Shown here: piece by piece, positions 58,056-64,000 of the stretch
Layout: each line of letters starts with the position of its first letter
Numbering within the stretch: position 1 is the stretch's first letter
NCBI GenBank assembly: GCA_964408825.1
Contig: CAYPAU010000001.1
Coordinates: 76,789 to 140,788 of the forward strand
Direction: 5' to 3'
Length of the DNA: 64,000 bases
DNA from: an uncultured Gammaproteobacteria bacterium
GTDB taxonomy: Bacteria > Patescibacteriota > Microgenomatia > Levybacterales > UBA12049
Position numbers and translations under genes: made by a program
The notes under the pieces: generated by a model
Told to the model about the DNA's origin: nothing
The model's input: only the letters and a program-made list of their open reading frames with translations
Database searches by the model: none

Positions 58056-59496
58056 CCTTCTTCTTATAAAAAAAAGATCTATTCGTGGAATCTTTGCCCT
58101 CTCGTCCCGGACCTTATTCATACAAATTTTGGGGTTTGTGGCAAATCTTTTCCTTACTATTTTTCTTGCGCCTTCGGTTTTTGGCGTATATTTCGTAGTT
58201 TCGGCGGCGGTTGCTTTCTTATCGTACTTTTCAGACATTGGACTTGCTGCAGCTTTAATTCAGAAAAAAGAATCTGTAACCGAGGAAGATCTTCGGACAA
58301 CTTTTACAATTCAACAGGTTTTGGTTCTTGCAGTTGTGGTTGTCGCTCTTTTTTCCTCGGGGTTTATTAAAGGATTTTACAAACTTGATAATGAAGGGAT
58401 TTTTCTTTTTCAAGCACTAATAATCTCTTTTTTCCTTTCATCTCTTAAGACTATTCCTTCAATAATTCTTGAAAGAAGTCTTAAGTTTGATAAACTTGTT
58501 ATACCACAGATCGTTGAGAGTCTTTTTTTTAATATAACTGCGGTTTTCCTGGCAATAAAAGGTTTTGGGATAACGAGTTTTACCATAGCGGTACTTCTGC
58601 GGGGAGTGGTTGGTCTTATTGCCATTTATATTATCAGTCCTTGGAAAATAGGTTTTAGTCTGTCATCAAATTCTGCCAAAAAATTATTGTCCTATGGTAT
58701 TCCTTTTCAGGCAAATAGTTTTCTTGCTCTTATAAAAGATGATCTTCTGATTGCATATCTTGGAAAGGTATTACCACTTTCTCAAGTAGGATTCGTAGGT
58801 TTTGCCCAGAAATGGGCTTTTATGCCCCTTCGCCTTATAATGGACAATATTATAAGAATAACTTTTCCTTCATTTTCAAGACTTCAGGAAGATAAAAAAG
58901 TTCTCGGAAAGGCAATAGAGAAATCTATTTTTGTATCAGCATTTTTAATATTTCCCGCACTTACCGCTCTAATTTTTTTGGCCCCTTCCCTTACAAAAAT
59001 TATCCCAAGATATGAAAAATGGGAACCTGCGCTTATGTCAGTTACTTTTTTTTCTCTAAATGCCTGTCTTTCATCTATATCTACCCCTCTTACAAATACT
59101 TTAAATGCAATAGGGAAAATTAAGACTACCCTTTATTTAATGGTCTTCTGGACATCATCAACTTGGATACTTACGCCTTTTTTTATTAATATTTTCGGCT
59201 ATAACGGGGTTTCTATAGCGTCCTTTCTTATAGCAACTTCTGTTTTTATCGTAATATACTTGGTAAAAAAATACGTTGATTTCAACTGGACTGTGGTTTT
59301 CTATCCTTTAACTTCCTCTGTCTTTATGGGTGTAGTTCTGTATTGGCTGACACGTTTTTTGCCTCAGAATATTTATTACCTTAGCTTTTCTCTTGTCCTT
59401 GGACTTATAATATATTTTGGGAGTATATTTATACTTGCAAAAGATATGGTGCTTTCGGATATCAGGTTAATAAAAGAAAATATTTTTAGAAAATGA
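58042..59496 (+). CDS. Oligosaccharide flippase (Wzx/PST family)
   Basis: 12-14 TM segments, DIGLAAALIQ, FPSFSRLQ motifs. Confidence 0.88.
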   Translation: MEDIDLLLIKKRSIRGIFALSSRTLFIQILGFVANLFLTIFLAPSVFGVYFVVSAAVAFLSYFSDIGLAAALIQKKESVTEEDLRTTFTIQQVLVLAVVVVALFSSGFIKGFYKLDNEGIFLFQALIISFFLSSLKTIPSIILERSLKFDKLVIPQIVESLFFNITAVFLAIKGFGITSFTIAVLLRGVVGLIAIYIISPWKIGFSLSSNSAKKLLSYGIPFQANSFLALIKDDLLIAYLGKVLPLSQVGFVGFAQKWAFMPLRLIMDNIIRITFPSFSRLQEDKKVLGKAIEKSIFVSAFLIFPALTALIFLAPSLTKIIPRYEKWEPALMSVTFFSLNACLSSISTPLTNTLNAIGKIKTTLYLMVFWTSSTWILTPFFINIFGYNGVSIASFLIATSVFIVIYLVKKYVDFNWTVVFYPLTSSVFMGVVLYWLTRFLPQNIYYLSFSLVLGLIIYFGSIFILAKDMVLSDIRLIKENIFRK

Positions 59497-60413
59497 AAAA
59501 AATTTCGGCAGTAATTACAACCTTTAATGAGGAGAGAAAAATTGAGGACTGTTTAAAATCTGTTCGCCAGTTGGCGGATGAGATTATCCTTGTTGATGGA
59601 TCTTCGACCGATGATACAGTGAAGATTGCTAAAAAATATACTTCAAAAATTTACATTCGAGAAAATAATCCCATGCTGAATGTCAATAAAAACTATGGTT
59701 TTATGAAAGCAACTAATGAATGGATCCTAAGTCTTGATGCAGATGAACGAGTTACTCTCGAACTTGCGAAAGAGATAAAAGAGATTCTTAAGTCTCCTGT
59801 CTTAAGTCTTAAATCTGATCTCAATGGCTATTATGTTCCCAGGAGAAATTTCATTTTTGGCAGATGGATAAAACATGCTGGATGGTACCCTGATTATCAA
59901 CTGAGATTATTTAAGAGGGGAAAAGGTAGATTTGAGGAAAAGCATGTACATGAAATGCTTAATGTCGAAGGTAAAACAGGGCATCTAAAATCTGATATTC
60001 TCCACCTTAACTATGAAAATGTTTCTCAGTTTTTAAAAAAACTTCTACTATATACGCAAAATGAGGCAGAGCAACTATTGGGAAGTGGATATATTTTTGA
60101 CTGGCGTGACTGTCTGAGAATGCCTTTCAAGGAATTCTTAAGCCGCTTTTTTGCAAGAAAAGGATATAAAGATGGACTTCATGGTCTAGTGTTATCTCTC
60201 CTAATGGCTTTTTACCACTTAATAGTTTTTACCGTCATTTGGGAAAAGACCAAATTCAGAGAATATGATAGCGAGAATTTTTTAAAGGAAACTACCGAAG
60301 AAATTGGTAAAGCAAAGAAAGAGTTTTCGTATTGGCTTAAAAAAGAAAATTCAAACAATGCAAGAAATCCAATCGAAAGAAGCCTTCAAAAGATAACAGA
60401 CAAATTATCCTAA
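59493..60413 (+). CDS. GT2 glycosyltransferase
   Basis: NEE..I..CL, D.SSTDDT, LDADE, WYPDYQLRLF, VHE motifs. Confidence 0.9.
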   Translation: MKKISAVITTFNEERKIEDCLKSVRQLADEIILVDGSSTDDTVKIAKKYTSKIYIRENNPMLNVNKNYGFMKATNEWILSLDADERVTLELAKEIKEILKSPVLSLKSDLNGYYVPRRNFIFGRWIKHAGWYPDYQLRLFKRGKGRFEEKHVHEMLNVEGKTGHLKSDILHLNYENVSQFLKKLLLYTQNEAEQLLGSGYIFDWRDCLRMPFKEFLSRFFARKGYKDGLHGLVLSLLMAFYHLIVFTVIWEKTKFREYDSENFLKETTEEIGKAKKEFSYWLKKENSNNARNPIERSLQKITDKLS

Positions 60414-60422
60414 AATTATTTT

Positions 60423-61331
60423 GTGTTAAAAGTTTTTGTAACAATAATCACCTTTAATAGTCACAATGCAACACTTGAGTGTTTGGAAAGTGTTGAGAGG
60501 ATTGAGAAGAAAGGTTTCGAACTTTTTGTTAACGTTATCGATAACGGTTCAAGAGAAGTTTTTAAGACTAAAAATGAATATAAAAATTTCGTTCTTAAAA
60601 TTTTAAGATCCGATCAAAACCTGGGGTTTTCAGGAGGGCAAAATCTTGGAATTAAACAAGCCCTTAGGGATGGAGCAGATTATATAGTCGTTTTGAATAA
60701 CGATACGATTCTCGATAAAAATTTGATAGTTTCTCTTATAACAACATTTAAAGAAGGCATGGGTATTGTTTCTCCCAAAATATACTTTGCAAAAGGATAT
60801 GAATTTCATAAAGAAAGATATAGCGAGAAAGAAAAGGGTAAGGTTTTTTGGTATGCAGGAGGTATATTTGATTGGAGCAATATGATAGCAAGCCACAGAG
60901 GCGTAGACGAGGTCGATAAAGGACAATATGACAAGCTTTCGGAGATTGATTTTGCTACAGGTTGCTGTATGGCAATAAGGAGTGATGTTTTTGAGAGGGT
61001 AGGTTTTTTTGATGAGAAATATTTTTTATATCTTGAAGACAGCGACTTGTCAAATAGACTGAAAAAAAAGGGTTTAAAGATTATTTATCAGCCAGAGGCA
61101 GTCCTTTGGCATAAAAACGCTTCATCGGCGGGTGGATCTGGATCTATCTTGCAAGACTACTATATTACAAGAAACAGACTACTATTTGGTTTCAAATACG
61201 CTAATTTAAGGACAAAGCTGGCCCTGATAAGAGAAAGTGTCAAAATTATAATCTCTGGAAGAAGATGGCAAAAACAAGGAGCAATTGATTTCTACTTAGG
61301 TAAATTTGGAAGAGGAAGTTTTAATCCATGA
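60423..61331 (+). CDS. GT2 glycosyltransferase (WbbL/rhamnosyltransferase-like)
   Basis: DNGS, NLGFSGG.N, LNND, TGCC, FDEKYFLYLED, WHK, YYITRNR motifs. Confidence 0.88.
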   Translation: MLKVFVTIITFNSHNATLECLESVERIEKKGFELFVNVIDNGSREVFKTKNEYKNFVLKILRSDQNLGFSGGQNLGIKQALRDGADYIVVLNNDTILDKNLIVSLITTFKEGMGIVSPKIYFAKGYEFHKERYSEKEKGKVFWYAGGIFDWSNMIASHRGVDEVDKGQYDKLSEIDFATGCCMAIRSDVFERVGFFDEKYFLYLEDSDLSNRLKKKGLKIIYQPEAVLWHKNASSAGGSGSILQDYYITRNRLLFGFKYANLRTKLALIRESVKIIISGRRWQKQGAIDFYLGKFGRGSFNP

Positions 61332-62131
61332 AAATTTCGGCAGTTGTAATTGCAAAAAATGCAGAAGATGTAATAAGAGAATGTTTTTCATCGTTGAAAT
61401 TCTGTGATGAAATTATAGTTGTAGATAATGGGTCTTCCGATAAAACTTCCGATATTGCAAGAGAATTTGGAGCTAAAGTTATTTCGGAAAAATCGGCCGA
61501 TTTCTCAAAGCTTAGAAATGCTGGCTTAAAAGAGACTTCTTTTGACTGGATTTTATATATTGACTCTGACGAAAGAGTTCCGAAGGAGCTTTCGGAAGAA
61601 ATATTGTTAAAAATAAAAAATCCGGAAGAGCTTGTGGCTTTTAGAATAAAAAGAAAAAATTATTATCTTGGTTCTTTAAAGTTGAATGAATGGCCGTTTA
61701 AAGAGAAGCTTGAGAGATTATTTAAGAAACAGTACTTAAAGGGATGGCAAGGTAAGATCCACGAAAGCCCAATTGTGGAGGGTGAAATCGGAGATTTAGA
61801 AAACTGTCTTCTTCATTTTACCCATCGGGATTTAAGTCAAATGCTTACCAAAACCATTGAGTGGTCTGAGATTGAAGCTGACCTTCGTTTTAAAAGTGAC
61901 CATCCGGTAATGTCTTGGTGGAGATTCCCGAAAGTGATATTTTCTGCCTTTTTTGAATCTTACTTTAAGCAAGGTGGGTATAAGGCTGGTACAGTAGGAA
62001 TTATAGAAAGTATATATCAAGCATTCAGTGCTTTTATTACATACGCAAAGTTATGGGAAAAACAGCAGGAGAGCAAAATTCCCGCTTCGCAGCGAGGCGA
62101 GCAAAATGCAAAAGTCAAAAATACAAGTTAA
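61328..62131 (+). CDS. GT2 glycosyltransferase
   Basis: DNGSSDKT, FS.LRN, IDSDER, RLF, IHE motifs. Confidence 0.9.
   Translation: MKISAVVIAKNAEDVIRECFSSLKFCDEIIVVDNGSSDKTSDIAREFGAKVISEKSADFSKLRNAGLKETSFDWILYIDSDERVPKELSEEILLKIKNPEELVAFRIKRKNYYLGSLKLNEWPFKEKLERLFKKQYLKGWQGKIHESPIVEGEIGDLENCLLHFTHRDLSQMLTKTIEWSEIEADLRFKSDHPVMSWWRFPKVIFSAFFESYFKQGGYKAGTVGIIESIYQAFSAFITYAKLWEKQQESKIPASQRGEQNAKVKNTS
62081..62101. repeat. 21-bp palindrome, near-identical to the insert at 39728-39751
   Basis: CCCGCTTCG-CAG-CGAGGCGAG. Confidence 0.8.
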
Positions 62132-64000
62132 AATTCAAAATCTTTTATTTAAGTTTTGGCCGCTACTATTTATAGTAATTGTCTGGTCTGTTTTCGCAAG
62201 TCCGTATTTTTTAAAGAATCTTGTTCCGTTCCCCTCAAATTACCTTGTTAATTTTTTTCCGCCCTGGGCATCATATGGAGAATTTGCAGGGCCTGTAAAA
62301 AATAATGCAATGCCGGATATTATATCCCAGATTTATCCTTGGAAAAAACTGACCATAGACTCCCTTAAGAGTGGCGAAATTCCTTTTTGGAATCCTTATA
62401 GTTTCTCCGGAAATCCCCATCTTGCAAATTACCAATCGGGAGTTCTCTCCCCTTTTAATCTTATTTTTTTTATACTTCCGTTTGTTGATGCATGGAGTGT
62501 CCTTATTTTACTTGCGCCCCTTCTCTCGGGTTTTTTTACTTATCTTCTTATGAGAAGTTTAAATGTCTCGAAATTAGGATCAACTTTAGGCGGTATCGTA
62601 TTTATGTTTTGTGGTTTTATGGTAGTATGGATGGCTTATGGGACATTATCTTATGCTATACTTTACCTTCCCTTAGCGTTTTATGCGATTCAAAATTTTG
62701 CAAATAGCAAAAAAATTAGATATTTAATACTCCTTTCTCTAACAATTCCTTTTTCTTTTTTTTCGGGTCATTTTCAAATAAGTTTTTATTTTCTAATCTC
62801 AATATTTGTTTTTTTACTCTTTAGGATCTATAAAGAAACACTTAAAACCAAATTTTTTCTTACAACAGCACTGTTTACAGGCATTCTTTTATCTATGCCT
62901 CAGCTTCTACCTTCCTGGGAACTTTATACGCATTCTATAAGAAAGGCAATTTTTCGCTTAACGGAGACAGTACCAATAGGGTATATAATTACATCCTTTG
63001 CTCCTGATTTTTATGGCAATGCCGTTACCCGCAATGATTGGTACGGACATTATGCCGAGTGGGCTTCTTTTGTGGGAATAATTTCTCTTATTCTTGCCAC
63101 AATTTCTTTTCTTAAGCCAAAAAAGGAGATTATATTTTTTGGGATTTTAGGTCTTGCATCACTTCTTCTTAGCCTTCAGACTCCACTTGCTGAATTAATT
63201 ATCAATCTTAAGATACCAGTCGTTTCAACAAGTGCCCTATCAAGAATAATAGTAATTTTCAGTTTTTCGGCAGCAGTTCTTGCAGGATATGGACTGGATA
63301 TTCTTAAAGAATATATAGTAAAAAGCAAATCAAAAAGAATAATTGTTGTATTTTCCGCCTGGATAGTTTTTATCTTTCTAATTTGGACATCTCTTTTCTT
63401 TTTCCCTCTTTTGCCACCCGAGAAGATACTTATAGCAAAGCGAAATATGATACTTCCAACACTTATCTTAACCCTGGGGTCTCTTACTGTTCTCACGTCC
63501 TTTTATATAAGAAAATTTGCTTTAGTTTTTTTATTTGGACTTTTGATTCTTACCTCCTTGGATAGTCTAAGGTTTGCTCAAAAATGGATGCCGTTTGATC
63601 CTAAAAAATATGTTTTTCCTACCCCCCCCGTTGTAAAAGCTCTTCAAAAAGAAACAAGAGGAGTTGACAGAGTTTTTGGAAATATAGGCGGAGAGCTTGT
63701 AAATTACTACAAACTTCCCGGAGTTGAGGGATATGACCCGCTATATATTGAAAGATACGGAGAATTTTTAAGAAGTGGAGTCGTGGGACATTTCGCTCCA
63801 CCTGAGAGATCTGTTGTAAAGTTGGGAAGAAGCGGGGAAAATACAGATAAGATTATAGATCTGTTGGGTGCTAGTGTAATTTTCCATCCAAATGCTGACA
63901 CCGGTCAGGAGTGGGCGTATCCAGTTTGGAAAAATACCGATAGGTTTGTCCCCATTTATAAAGATGGAAGTTTTCAACTTTACAGAAACAATACTGCTCT
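62106..64000 (+). CDS. YfhO-family membrane protein (GT-C), partial and running off the window
   Basis: Read by eye from ATG 62106 (MQKSKIQ...LVPFPSNYLV...PFWNPYSFSGNPHLANYQS); paralogous to 51746-54136; absent from the ORF track, presumably because it has no stop in the window. Confidence 0.82.
   Translation, partial: MQKSKIQVKIQNLLFKFWPLLFIVIVWSVFASPYFLKNLVPFPSNYLVNFFPPWASYGEFAGPVKNNAMPDIISQIYPWKKLTIDSLKSGEIPFWNPYSFSGNPHLANYQSGVLSPFNLIFFILPFVDAWSVLILLAPLLSGFFTYLLMRSLNVSKLGSTLGGIVFMFCGFMVVWMAYGTLSYAILYLPLAFYAIQNFANSKKIRYLILLSLTIPFSFFSGHFQISFYFLISIFVFLLFRIYKETLKTKFFLTTALFTGILLSMPQLLPSWELYTHSIRKAIFRLTETVPIGYIITSFAPDFYGNAVTRNDWYGHYAEWASFVGIISLILATISFLKPKKEIIFFGILGLASLLLSLQTPLAELIINLKIPVVSTSALSRIIVIFSFSAAVLAGYGLDILKEYIVKSKSKRIIVVFSAWIVFIFLIWTSLFFFPLLPPEKILIAKRNMILPTLILTLGSLTVLTSFYIRKFALVFLFGLLILTSLDSLRFAQKWMPFDPKKYVFPTPPVVKALQKETRGVDRVFGNIGGELVNYYKLPGVEGYDPLYIERYGEFLRSGVVGHFAPPERSVVKLGRSGENTDKIIDLLGASVIFHPNADTGQEWAYPVWKNTDRFVPIYKDGSFQLYRNNTA

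Noticed and set aside
77-63977. Numerous 60-150 aa antisense or alternate-frame ORFs in the track (e.g. 20616-21065, 45180-45581, 62371-63977)
   Set aside because: They lie within well-supported genes and lack motifs or start signals; those after 62106 are shadows of the run-off YfhO gene
1-64000. Alternative genetic code (TGA=Gly code 25, or TAA reassignment) to explain the internal stops
   Set aside because: Conserved genes end correctly at TGA (several ATGA overlaps) and TAA, and long ORFs are intact under code 11; only 2-3 isolated stops were seen
1-64000. CRISPR array or cas genes
   Set aside because: No regularly spaced 23-50 bp repeats and no Cas-like ORFs; the repeats found are dispersed hairpins or short tandem tracts
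51746-64000. Diversity-generating retroelement TR/VR pair among the paralogous GT-C genes
   Set aside because: Similarity is at protein-motif level, no adenine-specific near-identical repeat was seen, and there is no reverse transcriptase

Overview
AT-rich bacterial chromosomal window using the standard code 11. The gene content points to Patescibacteria/CPR, probably Microgenomates (inference): short GluRS, archaeal-type AspRS, an RRM protein, DUF5679, many GT-C glycosyltransferases and apparently leaderless genes. From left to right it holds a nucleotide-sugar operon (rmlA/B/D, ugd, rmd-like, gmd, UDP-GlcA decarboxylase, glycosyltransferases), housekeeping genes (secDF, YqeY, cca, recJ, aspS, DD-carboxypeptidase, gltX, lon), tRNA-Gln and tRNA-Glu, a ppsA/enolase/D-hydroxyacid dehydrogenase cluster with an RHH-PIN toxin-antitoxin pair, and a glycosylation locus of more than 15 kb that runs off the end. 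The main signal is a putative mobile palindrome system. Two ~360-380 bp cassettes each encode only a small GIY-YIG nuclease, sit at a tRNA 3' end, have hairpin inverted-repeat ends and are flanked by 14-17 bp duplications of the tRNA end. Two non-coding elements with the same leader architecture sit at ATGA stop/start junctions. Short GC-rich palindromes of 21-36 bp (all multiples of 3, one nested) are inserted in the coding sequences of YqeY, RecJ, a PQQ-type dehydrogenase, Lon and a glycosyltransferase. A mechanistic link between the nucleases and the short palindromes is inferred, not shown. Several in-frame stops (rmlD, gmd) and a poly-T run in cca may be consensus errors.
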